A DNA stretch of 64,000 nt from Mobula birostris (lineage: Eukaryota), in contig NC_092389.1 in NCBI RefSeq assembly GCF_030028105.1, positions 7,613,180 through 7,677,179 on the forward strand, given 5' to 3'. The notes beneath the pieces were generated by a model. It was not told the origin of the DNA. It was given only the letters and a program-made list of their open reading frames with translations, and did no database searches. A program made the position numbers and the translations under genes. Below are positions 36,969 to 50,000 of the stretch, piece after piece (the first letter of the stretch is position 1; each line of letters opens with the position of its first letter).

Positions 36969-38468
36969 TGTTTCCAATTTACAATGCCCAATTAACCTAC
37001 CAAACTGTATGGCTTTGGACTGTGGGAGGAAACCAGAGCACCCGGAGGAAACTCACACCGTCACAGGGAGAACGTACAAACTCCTTACAGGCAGCGGCAA
37101 GAATTGAACATGTGTCACTGGTATTGTAAAGCTTTGTGCTAACCACTATGTTACTGTGCTGCCCTTTTCCAGCATTTGTAGGTTTTTTTTTTGCTTTCCA
37201 TCTGCTGGTCTGGGAGAGTAGTTGCAATTTTAACTCCTATTTGACAGTAAGCTGTAAAAGAACCTTTTGGCATCATAGAGATTTAATGATTAGCTTTATT
37301 TGTCACATTGAAACATACAGTGAAATGTGTTGTTCTGGGGTGGGAGGCAGCCCACAAGGGTCGCCATACTTCTGCTACCAACATAGCATGACCACAACCT
37401 ACTAACCCTAACCCGTATCTTTGGAATGTGGAAGGAACACCTGTAGTCACAGGACAATGTACAAGCTTCTTACCGACAGTGGCGGGAACAGAACCCGGAA
37501 TGGTGATCGCTGTCGTGTTAACCGCTATGCTACACTGCTGTGCCATCATTATGAGAGTACAAAGACACGAGAGACCGCACTTACTGGAAATTTGGGTCAA
37601 CACACATTTTCCTCCATCGATGCTGCCTGACCTGTTGAGTTCCTCCAGCATTTTGTTTGTGTTGCTCACTATGAGAATGCCAGCTTCAACAGTAACTCAG
37701 TAACTCAAGAAGAAGACCGATGTTGCCTTTTTGTGCAGCTATCCACACAGCAGAAATTCTAGTGAAGGGTCTTATTGAGAAATGTTGCAATGAAATTTTT
37801 CATTGACTGCCGTCAGTCCCAAAAATTCAATAAATAAAAGGGAATTTGCACTCAGAATTGCTAAATTGTCTGCATGCTTTTTCCATATGCTGTTTGGATT
37901 GTGAAAGTAGAATCTGATTATAATTATCATGGTAATTCAATAAAGATTTGTGAAAGCTTAAAATAAATATTAGGCACTCAGCCATTAATCTAAACTCCTT
38001 CCACATTCCACATAAATTGGTTCCAGTCACTCACCTGGCATTTAACGATATCTCTTTAACCATTTCATTCCCAGAAATAATCTAACCAAGTGGTCTTTCT
38101 CTATCCCTCAATGATTCCAGCATGGAAATTAACTGATCTTTTGATTCCTCTGTAACTCACAATATTTTTCCTCTGGGGACTAATCTATATATTGATATCT
38201 TCATGACAGTCTTCCATTTCCTCCCAGAAATCATCAGATCTATTGATCTCTCTCCTTCACCCTCAGTAACTTATAAGCCGTACTAATTCATCTATTAATA
38301 CTTCTCTGACTTTCACTTACACACCAGACCTCCCTACATCTCTCCTCCCCAGGAAGTAATCATGTCAATCAATAATAAAACTATAGCAACAATCTTATGC
38401 AGAAGCATAAAGGGCTAGGGGTACTCTGCAGCATCAATAGAGAGCAAACTGGTTAAAGTTCTGTGAAA

Positions 38469-38681
38469 TAATTTTTTTTAAAAAGCCCTTAACTCCGAGT
38501 GGAGTCATCGGGACGCTGTCGTGCTGGCGTATTTTTAGCAGGCTTTCTTATTTTTACGAGTTGCTAGCTCGACGCTCAACCCAGCACAGATGGAAAACGT
38601 ACAAGGGAGCCAGCTGGATTCGAACTCGGGAGCCTTCGCTCCAAAGTTCGGCGCTGATGCCACTATGCCACCAGCCGGCTA
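38469..38681 (-). mobile_element. tRNA-derived SINE with 9-bp TSD
   Basis: A box TGGCATAGTGG and B box GTTCGAATCC on the minus strand. TCTGTGAAA at 38460-38468 and 38682-38690. Confidence 0.75.
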
Positions 38682-38994
38682 TCTGTGAAAGAACACCTTC
38701 AATATATTCTGATCTCATCAGCTCTCTTTAACACTCATCATTTCCTTCCCAGAATTAAATTACTGGTATCACTCCAAGCCTCAATAACGTACCTTTTGGG
38801 AACCAATCTTTCTAATCAAGAGTTGGAATCCATTTCCTTACCCAGTTTTGTTTTCTCACAGTCCATTCAACATACTTATCCACTAAGGGAATGAACCTAG
38901 CCCACGCTCATACAACCACGTTTGGCTGTGCTTGTCAGGGACAACAAAGACTCCTGGTTGTGGCATTCTTTCAATCCAAAGCAACCATTTTTAC

Positions 38995-40112
38995 TGATCA
39001 AACAACTCATTTACAAGGCTCCTTGGAGAATGGGTTTGATAGATTTGATAGGGAGGAAATAAAGTCTGACCTAGCAGTATTTCAGTGCAGTAAAGGGAAT
39101 TACAGTTGTTTGAGAGAAGAGTTGGCCAAAGTAAATTTGAAGGAGATGCTGGCAGGGGTGACAGCAGAGCAACAATGGTGTGAGTTTCTGGGAAAAATGA
39201 GGAAGGTGCAGGATAGGTGTATTCCAAAAATGAAGAAATACTCTAACAGTAATATAGTATAACTGTGGCTGACATGGGAAGTCAAAGCTAATGTAAAAGC
39301 AAAAGAGAGGGCATACAACAAAGCAAAAATTAGTGGAAAGATAGAGGATTGTGAAGCTTTTGAAACCTACAGAGAGCAACTAAAAAAATCATTAGGAGGG
39401 AAAAGATGAAATATGAAAGGAAGCTAGCAACAATATCAAGGTGGGTAGAAAAAGCTTTTTCAAGTATATAAAAAATAAAAGGGAGATGAGAATGGATATA
39501 GGACCGCTTGAACATAAGGCTGGAGAAATAATAACGGGGGACAAGGAGATGGCAGATGAACTAATTGAGTATTTTCCATCAGTCTTCATTGTGGAAGACA
39601 CTAGCAGTGTGCCAGGTGTTGAAGGGTGTGAGGGAAGAGAGGTGAGTGCAGTTACTAACACAAGGGAGAAGGTGCTCAAAAAGCTGAGAGACCGAAAGGT
39701 ACATAAGTCACCCGGACAAGATGAACTTGATCCTAGGTTCTGAAAGAGGTAGTGGTAGAGGTGGAGATTGTGGAAGCATTAGTAATGATCTTTCAAAAAT
39801 CCTCCAGCGTGTTGTGAGCACAGCCTCAGGATAGAGGGGCATCCATTTAAGACAGAGATGCGGAGAAATTTCTTTAGCCAGAGGGTGGTGAATTTGTGGA
39901 ATTTGTTACCACAGGCAGCTGTGGAGACCCGGTCATTGGTGTATTTAAAGCAGAGATTGATAGGTTCTTGACTAGACCACGGTATCAAAAGCTATGGGGA
40001 GAAAGCCAGGGAGTAGGGCAGAAGAGGGAAAAAAAGGATCAGCCATGATTGGTGGAGCAGATTCGATGGGCCAAATGGCCTAATTCTGCTCCTATGTCTT
40101 ATGGTCTTATGC
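38995..40112 (+). mobile_element. CR1 fragment with large internal deletion near 39800
   Basis: Linker region (KSFFKYIKNKRE, SPGQDELDP) jumps directly into the 3' end and (tcttatgg)n tail. Confidence 0.8.
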
Positions 40113-41951
40113 TCTTATAATAGATGGTAACAACTCATTTACAAGGTACATTGGGGAATAATAGATGGCAAAGTTGTCTTCCATTCATCTTATTACATTT
40201 ATAAACTACCTTCATCATAGTAAAAAATGCCCCAAGCCTCTTTACAAGAATAAAATTGCACAAAGAACTGAATGCCTACAGAAGGATGAAAACAGTGGTT
40301 ACAAGAGCAGTTAGAGGCTGAGTATGGTATGATGAGTGATGCAAATCCTTACTCCTGGAGACTTGCTATCTTTCATGATTGGCAAGTCAGAATTGTGTGT
40401 GAATGCGCTCCACTTCTTTGATGAAGTGCAGTTCCAAACACATTCAAGAAACTTGATACAATCCGGAGGAAATTAGCCCACTTGCTTGCCAACCCATACA
40501 CCGTTCTGAGCTTCCACTCCTCTGGGCAGTGTACGTGCTATCTAAATATGCAGTCTAATAACTTCAACAGCACTTCCCAAACATGTAACTTTTACAACAA
40601 GAGCAGCAGGTGCATGGGAATGGCATCATCTCCTCGTGGCCCACCATTAATTTGGAATTGTGTTGTTGACCCTGTACTAGCACTGTATCCATGTCTGTAT
40701 TTCCTGCTTATCAGGCCTGTGGGATAATTGTCACTATACTACCACCAGTGGTTCAGGAAGTCAATTTATCCCCATATTCTCAAGGACAATTTGGGACGGC
40801 CAATAAATGTTGGGAATGCAGTGGCACCCACCACCAATGGAAGGAACAATGGTATCAGTAAGTTGTTCAGAGGCTGATTTTTAATCAACTCTTTAAGAGT
40901 GTAGAAAAAGAAAGGGAAATAGATAGACTGACAAAGAATTTTTTGGAAAGATTCTAGAGCAGAGCATTGATAACCAAAGGTAGGGTCATCAATGCTTGAA
41001 TTATTAAAATTACTGGAAAGGACAGAAGTGAAAGAATGTGAAGGATGTTTTCAAATCACCCTGGGGATTTCTTGACCAGCTCTGGCTCCATAATGGAGCC
41101 AGCCACTATCTAGCTGCAGCCCAGTTAGTCCACTCTCAGTCACCACTGTCTGAGAGAACAAGCTATTGACAGTGATATCAGTCTTGATACAAGGTCTCAA
41201 CTCGAAATGTCAACAATTCCTTTCCTCATGCTGCTCGAACTTTGAGTTCTTCCAGCAGATTATCTGGTGCTCTTATGTGGCACCAACTTACTAGAGACTT
41301 CTCACCAGTACCCAGTTTGAGTTCCACTCAATCTTCTGAACTCCAAACCTCTGACACCTTCACCAATGGACAAATCAGAGAGCTGTATCCCAGAAGTGAA
41401 AATAAGAGTGACTGTCCTTGATATCAACTGTGGCATCAAGGACCTTTGATAAAACTGGCCAGTAGGGACCAAAGGGCTAATGACTGGTGGTTGGAATTAT
41501 ACTTTTCCTGAATAGAAGATATGATTAATAATTCTCGCCCCTAGAATATTGCAGCAAGACTTTCTCAGGCCCTACACCCAACCGTTACCTGTTGCTTCTG
41601 AAAATAATCTTCTTCATTACTGGCCTTTTTATCATAAAGTCAGCAGTGGGGATTTTCCCTGATAAATGCACAATGTTCAGTTTCCTTCACAATCAGTCAG
41701 CAAAAGAGCATAATATTGAATGTGGACAAGAGAGATTCAGATTCACATTTATTTATCACATGTACATCGAAACATACAGTGAAACACATCGTTCGCGTCA
41801 ACGACCATCCACAGTTCACAGCCATTCCAAACACGGAATTCATCAACATCCTGGCATCCAACTTCACCAGCCACATAAATATGGGACATATAAGAGTAGG
41901 TCAAAGCACTGGTAATCCGTGGTGAGCCACTCTCCTCCTGACTCCCTAAAG

Positions 41952-42029
41952 CAGGGGTTCCTAACCGGGGTGCTCAGATCCCTTGGTTAATGGTAGGGGT
42001 CCATGACATAACAAAGTTGGGAACCCCTG
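41952..42029. mobile_element. 78-bp hAT (Charlie-type) MITE
   Basis: TIRs CAGGGGTTCCTAAC / GTTGGGAACCCCTG. 8-bp TSD CCCTAAAG (41944-41951) / TCCTAAAG (42030-42037). Confidence 0.85.
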
Positions 42030-43394
42030 TCCTAAAGCTTTTCAACCACCCAGAAGGCACAAGTCAGAAGTGCAATGGCATACTTTTCACTTACCTAGAT
42101 GAGAACAGTTTAGCAGCACCCAGGAGATAGCCCTCTGCTCAACAGATTCCACACCATCAACCTAACTCTACTAGCAGCATATAGTGGCTGTCATTTGAAT
42201 CCTCTGCAAAATGCTCTATGCTTACTCATTTGGGTTACTGCATCAGCACCTTCTAAACCTGTGACCTCTACTCCAAGGGTTTCCAGCACATGGGAAATCA
42301 CTACCTCCAAATGCACATTGAAGTTGTATGTCGCTCTTTCATTATTGCTGGATCTAAATCATGTAACTTCCTCTTCAATAACAATCAGAGAAGATGTCGG
42401 TTAGGATGACAGTGCTTGAAGGATATGTAAGGCTGATAAATAGTTGCTGTACTTACCCAGATACCAAACAAAGAATATATTCAAAAAGACAAAGGAGGGA
42501 AGATTGGCCATAAATCTTGACACATTTGATATTCGAAATGCCACTTTCCCACTGGAGGTGTGAATATCCTTGCCTCAGGATTGGGTTCATTTGGCTGATG
42601 ACCCCCATAGTGAAATTTCCTATTCCCACTCTTTGTCCAAGAGTTGACCTCTTGGATAAAGCAGCGGGGTTGGGAAGTTCTTGTGGAATGATAGCCTAGA
42701 TCAAGAGTTGAAGAAAAAATGTTGTTATGTTTATGATGGAGTTATCAATAATTCACACCAGCATGAAGAAGTAATTAAGACAGCATGAATATTGATTTCT
42801 CTATAATTTCTCCCCTTTCCCTCATCTCTCTTTTTCTATTTCCCATTCTGGATCCACTCTTACCCCCTTCCTTCTCCTCACCTACCAATCACCTCTCTCT
42901 GCTGCCCCTCCTCCTTCCTTTTCTCCAAAAGTTCGCTCTCCTCTTCTGTCAGTTTCCTTCTTCAGCCCTTTACCTATGACATCTATCATCTCCCAGTTTC
43001 TCACTTCATCGCCTCCTTCCCACCCACCTACCTTCCCCCTCACCTGGTTCCACCTATCATCTGCCAGCTTGTACTCCTTCTCATCCCCCCCCCATCTTCT
43101 TTTTCTGGCTTCATCCTCCTTCCTTTCCAGTCTTGATGAAGGGTCTCGGCCTGAAACATTGACAGTTCATTTCCCCTCCCCAGGAGACACAAAAGAGTTA
43201 CTTACTTTGAAACATCAGGATCTGGTAAAACTCATGAAAAGTGAACCTAGGATGAAAATAAACAAGTTGAGTGATAAATAGTAGCATATTGCTTGTTATG
43301 CATTATATTACGTGTTACTGTATTTTTAATTAAACTCATCCCCTTGTCACTTTCTGTAGGTTCCAGAAAATAATAATAAAAATGATCATAATAT

Positions 43395-44095
43395 AATAAT
43401 AAAAGACCAACAAATTCAAGACAATAAAGGCAGAAAATGCCAAGAGAAACCAGAAACAATCCAACACAATACAGGATCCTATAGCAGTTTAACCCAATCT
43501 GATTACTTACATAGGCACAATCAAGTGGCAAACACCATTTACCAAAATCTGGCCTTAAAATACAAACTCATAAAAGACTCCATACCTTACTATAAATACA
43601 AGCCTGATCCAGTTTTAGAGTCAGAGTCCTACAAATTACATTATGACTGATCCATTATTACAGATAGGACAATCCATAATAACCATTTGGATATAATGTT
43701 ACAGGACAAACAAGCAAGAACAACTTACATAATAAATATAGCCTTTCCAAACATACAGGTACATAACATACAGAAATCACTAAGTGAAAAACACTAGCAA
43801 TCTGCTCAACTAAAAGAGGAAGCTGAAAGACTTTGGAACATGAACAGGGTATACATTGTCCCAATAGTAATGTCTACAACTGGTATCATCCCAAAGCCAC
43901 TAGAGAATAGCGTTAAACAATTAGGCCTACACAGCAATATTTATGTAAATCTTCAGAAAGCCACAATACTAAACACCACTGGAATAGTGATGTTTAGTAT
44001 TAGTTAGGAACTTCCCCCAGAAGTTCCTAACAATTGAGAAATGAGTGTGCTTGGCTATGCCCATACCTCAGGTTTTACCAGCTTGAACTGAGAAA
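43395..44095 (+). mobile_element. R4/Dong-clade non-LTR retrotransposon 3' fragment (CCHC + restriction-like endonuclease)
   Basis: Manual translation: K(G)RKCQEKPETIQHNTGS(Y)...LHRHNQVA...YKLHYD*SIITDRTIHNNHLDIMLQDKQARTTYIINIAFPN...RLWNMNRVYIVPIVMSTTGIIP...LQKATILNT...KFL. TAA-rich flanks. Confidence 0.75.
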
Positions 44096-47000
44096 AAATA
44101 AAATAATAATAGTAATAACTTATTTACAGAGCACTTCTCATACAGACGATGTAGTCCACAGTGCTGTTGAACAGAAAAAAGTGCAAACGTAAAAATGAAG
44201 ACAAAAAGATGTTAATTAAAAGAAAGGTAAATTAAATAGGTTTTGAGCTGGCATTTAAAAATGTCAACTGAGTCTGCATCCCTTATAGTTTTAGGTATTG
44301 AATTCCACAGTTGAGGAACGTAGTTCAAAAAAGTTAGAAACATAGAAAACATACAACACAATACAGGCCCTTTGGCTCACAAAGCTGTGCTGAACATGTC
44401 CCTACATTAGAACTACCTAGGCTTTACCCATATTTTTCTAAGCTCCACGTAGCCATCCAGGGGTCTCTTAAAAGACCCTATCGTTTCTGTCTCCACCACC
44501 GCCGCCGGCAGCCCATTCCACGCACTCACCACTCTCTGTGTAAAAAAAACTTACCCCTGACATCTCCTCTGTTCCTGCTTCCAAGCACCTTAAAACTATG
44601 CCCTCTTGTGCTAGCCATTTCAGCCCTGGGAAAAAGCCTCTGACTATCAAAGTTGACCAGTCAATTTAATTTTAAGAGACTGGTGGATGAATCATGTTGG
44701 GGGCCTGTGATGAGGCATTCTTCCTTCAGTACAATATTCCCTCTCCAACAAATTCTGAATCTTTACTAATGCTGTATAACCATTTGATGGTTACTCTATG
44801 CAATAGTTGCAGAGGAACAGAGGGATCCTGTTTTGTGAGGCAGTCACAGACATGGAAGTGTTTAGTTACAGACACAGGAAGTCAGAGGATGACCCAGTTG
44901 CTAGGGAACAGGTGGATTATAGAGTGCAATGTACCTATTTATTTAGAGATATTGCACAGTAACAATGAGCCGCCCAATTACACCTATTTGGCCAATTAAT
45001 CTGTGTGCTTGGAATGTGGGAGGAAACTCACTCAGTCGGAAAGTCCTTACAGATAGCGATGGGAATTGTACCGGACTGCTGGCACTGTAAAGCGTTACAC
45101 TAACCACCACACCACCATGCTGCCTCTACAACTGCCAATACCATTATTAACATTAGCATTACTCCTTCTGCTGCAGGTTTTTAAAACTTACGCTCAGAGT
45201 TGACTGAGCAGTTACTGCTTGTCCTGCATGACACTATTGCAGGTCCCCACGTGATCAGCCAAACCCTTAACTCAGACTTCTGTGTTTAGCTCACACTGCC
45301 TTCCAATAGCGGAAACTCACCGGACAAGGAAGTTACTTGCTCCATGCTGGACTTTCCAACTTCAGACCTACCCCCACCCCAGCCTTTCTCAAGTGAGACA
45401 TTTGCCACTACTTTTATTACATAAACAGGATGTAGATATAATTAGTCCAGTGCTGGAATCAAAAAATAAACGCTGATTGCTACTGCATTGGAGTTTAGCC
45501 ACAGAATGAGGGGAGACCTTAGGGACTGCAGATGCTTCAAATTTGAAACAACTATCTGCTGGAAGAACTCAGCAGGTTGAGCAGCATTCATGGGAAGGAG
45601 ATAAGTTGTTGATGCTTCAGGTCAAGACCTACATTAGGACAGAGTGGAGAGAGGAGGTATCCAGTATAGAGCGGTGAAGGGAGTGAAGATGATTGATAAA
45701 CTGTGAGGGAGGGGGTTGAATGAGGGGCAGATGAAACCAGCTAGGAGAGAGGGAGGGGTGTGGTTGGGAGACAGGTGGGTGGATGGTAGATGAGGACAGA
45801 GAGGAAAAAAGAGGAGAAAGGGGCAGAAGTTGAGGGGTGGGAGGAGGGTTAAGGTAGTGACAACTGCTGGAGGGAGATAAACAGAACTGAAGGCGAGCAG
45901 AGTGAGGGCCAGAGTTGCTTTGACCTCCCTCCCTCCCTCTCCACTTCTGCCAAGCTCAGTTGGACCCTACAGTCAGCCTCACTTTCCTCGTTCTCATTTC
46001 TCCATGCACTCCTGCCCCAGTTCTCTTGCTCCAAGATGCCCGCCTTCTTTAATCCTCACACCTTCACTCCACTACCACGACCCCAAACTTTGCTCCAACA
46101 CTCACTCCTTCACTTCAGCCATCTGGCTCTCCGTGCACCCTTGGTCTCATTCCTCATCCCACCACACTTCATTTGCCTCCCTCCCTCCTATTCTCACGAA
46201 CTCCATCACACTCACTCCCTCCATCTACCTCCCATATCGATTTTCTCTCTCCTACAGTAGGAGTCATAGAAACCTGCAACATGGGGAACAGGACCTTCAG
46301 CTCACTGAGTGCCATGCTAACCGTCAGTCACCCATTTCAACAAGTTCTACATTAATCCCAATCTTTATTCATTTCATATCTCTCCAGATTCTACCACTCA
46401 CCTGTGTACTAGGGGAAATTTACAGCAGTTAGTTGACCTACCATCCTGTATGTCTTCATGACGTGAGCAGCATGGTAGTGTGGCAGTTAGTTTAACTCTA
46501 TTACTGTACTGTAGGGTTCAATCCTGTTGCTGTCTGTAAAGAGTGTACATTCTCCCTGTGGCCATGTTTGGTTTTACTTTGCTCTAGTTTCCTCTTGGGT
46601 GCTCTGGTTTCCTCCCATATTCCAAAGGCATACAAGTTAGTAGTTGTTAGGGTGTATTCTGGAGCTGTGGAATATACCAAATATTAATTTTCTTCAGATC
46701 TGAATGTGGATTGTAGATTGAGTTTAAAATGCAGCTCAGAACAATGGTCTTCCTGGAGCTGCAGGCTGGGGTTGATTGCAAACCAGGAAACACCCATTCA
46801 TCTGAGATGTCTGCATATGCATGAATGCAGCTCGGAGACAGCACTGATTGACACTCATTTGGGATGTGTAGGTGTGAAGTTCCAGGTGTTTGAAATTATC
46901 TGCAATGCAAAGGAAGCATTAGGAATGCATTGTAAGTATAGAATTGTCCTGCTGTTACCTTTAATCTTTAGCATATAAAATGTCATGTAATATTGGATCA

Positions 47001-50000
47001 GACAGCCACTTCCAAGAGTGTCTCCAGAATGATGTCTGCTTGTTTTTGCTGAATAAAAGACTTCTATATCACCAGCTTCAGTGTCTCACCGGTAACTTTG
47101 TTCACAGTCACAACAGTTGGTTAATATGGTACATGGGTGTATTTGGGGGTGGTGTGGGCTATTTGAGCCGGAAGGGCTTGCTACCGTGCTCTATCTCTAA
47201 ATGAATAAAATATGAACCAGAAACCCATGCACGTGCAAATTCTACTCAGATAAGCACTCAAGGTCAGAACTGAATCCAGGTCTCCATCGCGGTCAGGCAC
47301 TGGCTCCAGTAGCATGCCACTGTACTGCCCTAACAATTCACCCTATCGTATTCACAAACTCGTTCACTTTAGATCTATTCCCTCCTCTAAGCTATGATGA
47401 TATACAGACTGGATCTCTGCACTGTTGCTCATAGGATCCTGGGGTAAGACTAAAGACTGACCTGATGGAGATCTTGTCGATTATGAGTGAGTTGGATAAG
47501 GTTGACTGAGAGATTTTGTGGAAATTTTCTGGTGGCTTGGAGCGGAAACAGTCTGGGTTTGCCCTGGAATCTCTGGTTACTTATGAAGATTCCTGAAACT
47601 CTGGGATCTTTCTGTGCAATCTAGGTTACCTGCTCCCAAGTCATATTTAAGTCTGTGCTCCAGAGGTTCCAAATCATATCTTGAGCATTTCGTACTGGAG
47701 GCAGCGAGTGCACCAATTACAGGCCGCTCCTGCAATCAGAAAGGTGTCATAGTCTGCATTTGGCAATGCTCCCAGATATGTCGCTGGCCTGAAATATAAA
47801 GGAATCGCTGATAAATATAGTTCAGAACAATTCATTATCCAGCAAGTGGTGAGAATGTGGAACCTGCGCCCACAGGAAATAATCCTGGTGATCAGCAGGC
47901 TCAGGGGAAGCTGGATAACAGTGCACGGGAACCAAGTTGCAGGAACACTAGCTCTTTACCAGACAGTCCATGACATGTACATGCTTGTGTCTGGAATGTC
48001 ATAGCTCACTGCAGCTGATGGCTTACTTCCTGATCAGTTTTTTCCACATTTTACATTCATATGAAGAACCTATCATTTTGCATTTCCAACCTTAACCCTA
48101 TTTTAGGTGTACTCATATGAGGAGTGGCGCCCCACACAGACTTCCAGCCTGCACCTTGTAAGGCCTGAAAATGCCCGACGCAGGCCTCTCATGGTCTGAG
48201 TCGACGTTCCCCCCTCCCCATATATTTGTACACTGTACCTTCTTGATCCAATTTGGTTATTGTTATATATTTTACTCTCACCTCTTTTATCTACCTAACT
48301 TTCTACCTTTTACAGCTCTCAAAAACCCACTCACTTCTGCCGTGCCCCCAGTATTAGTCTGAAGCTCCATCTACAGTGCTAGATATCTGAGCAACATACA
48401 CAATATACAAACACAAGAAATCCAGCAGATGCTGGAGACCTTGAGCAATGCACACAAAACGCTGGATGATCTCAGCAAGTCTCTTCATGGAGGGGAATAA
48501 ACGGTCGATGTTTCAGGCCAAGACCCTTCATCGGGACTGGAAAGGAAGGGAACAGAAGCCAGAATAAGAAGATGGGGGTGGGGAAGAAAACACATACAAG
48601 CTGGCAGGTGACAGGTGAGACTAGGTGAGAGAGAAGGTGGTTGGGAGGGGGAGAGGGGATGATGTGAGAATCTGCAATTTGATAGGTGAAAGAGTTAAAG
48701 GGCTGAAGAGGGAGAAATCTGATAGGAGAGGACAGCGTACCATGGACGAAATTAAATGTTTCCAGGGTGGGAACAGCATCTCCCTCCTCTTAACTCTGAT
48801 TATCTACAGCCCCTTGTTACTACCATTCATTATGTGCTAAATCTCTGTCTGAATGTCCTCTGAAACAACCCCGTAGTGGAGCATCCAAGCATATTGTTGG
48901 TTTAGAGATCATTGCAAAAGACTTCATAACTCTTTATTATTTATTATTATTAATGTTGTTTTAGGCTTTTTGGCAATGTCTCCACGTCCAGCTCTCCCAC
49001 TACCTATTTAAGGTGAGGGACATCAATCTTCCACAGTCAGCAAAGGTTGGTTCGACTGCACTGGAAGCGAAGACAAGGAAAGTGAGTCCCTCTGTTGCGT
49101 GACTCAGCTTTCACTGGCGGTATAATTTCCTTGGTGGAGGAGTTCTGCGTTCACTGTCAATTAATTCTGTTGGTAGTTCTTAGTCCAGCAGACATGGAAG
49201 TGGATTGTGACAGCATTTCATCATTCAGATAGTTTCTTGTGGGCTTCTTGTTGAGCATTCACTTTTTGAATCTGAGTGTTGAGAACAGCCTATGTGTTTT
49301 CTTGCCCATCTCCATTCTCCCAGTTTCAGATAATTCATTACCTAAGGTCATTTGTATTGCCTTCCTTGGCCTCATCCTTTATTTATCCATACTTCTCTGG
49401 ATTATCAAAACGAATCATAGGCAGACAACCACCATTGGCCTGTGGCATCCCGCTTCACTGAGGTCAGGATATAAGTTAATGGGTCGTTGTCCATCCTCGC
49501 CTCAAACTTGGCACCATATAGACAGTCACTTAGCTTATCTATTACAGCCCATTTCAATGCCAGGCACTCCAATTTGTACATGAGGTAGTTCAGTTCAGAG
49601 GGTGACAGACTCCAGCTGACAAATGCAACAGGTCTCAACCCTGTCCCTGATCCTGATACAGGACACCCTCTAAGTCCTCTCTGCTGGCATCCATATGCAG
49701 TACTTACAGCAACCGTGGGTCTGTAAAAGCCAGCACAGGTGCCTGTGTCAGCAGCTCCTTCAGCAACTGAAAGGCCTCTTCACATTTTGCATCACATCTC
49801 ACTCCACAAGGCTCTGAAGGGTTAAGATAATCTTTACCCTCCTCTCCTTTTGTCCTCTCTTTCTTCCCCAAGGCAGGGTAACTGCACAGAAGCTGATTTA
49901 GAGGGTGACTTACTTTAGAGTTGTCCTTCACGAACCTTCGATAGTACCCACAAAATCCAAGGAATGAGCGTAAGGTGCTCACAGTCTGGGGCCTTGGCCA

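Noticed and set aside
45902-46432. 176-aa Ser/Pro/His/Leu-rich ORF
   Set aside because: Translation of a polypyrimidine low-complexity tract; no domain.
48960-49410. Possible continuation of the Gypsy pol (integrase)
   Set aside because: No HHCC or DDE motifs found in the frames read and many stops; origin unresolved.
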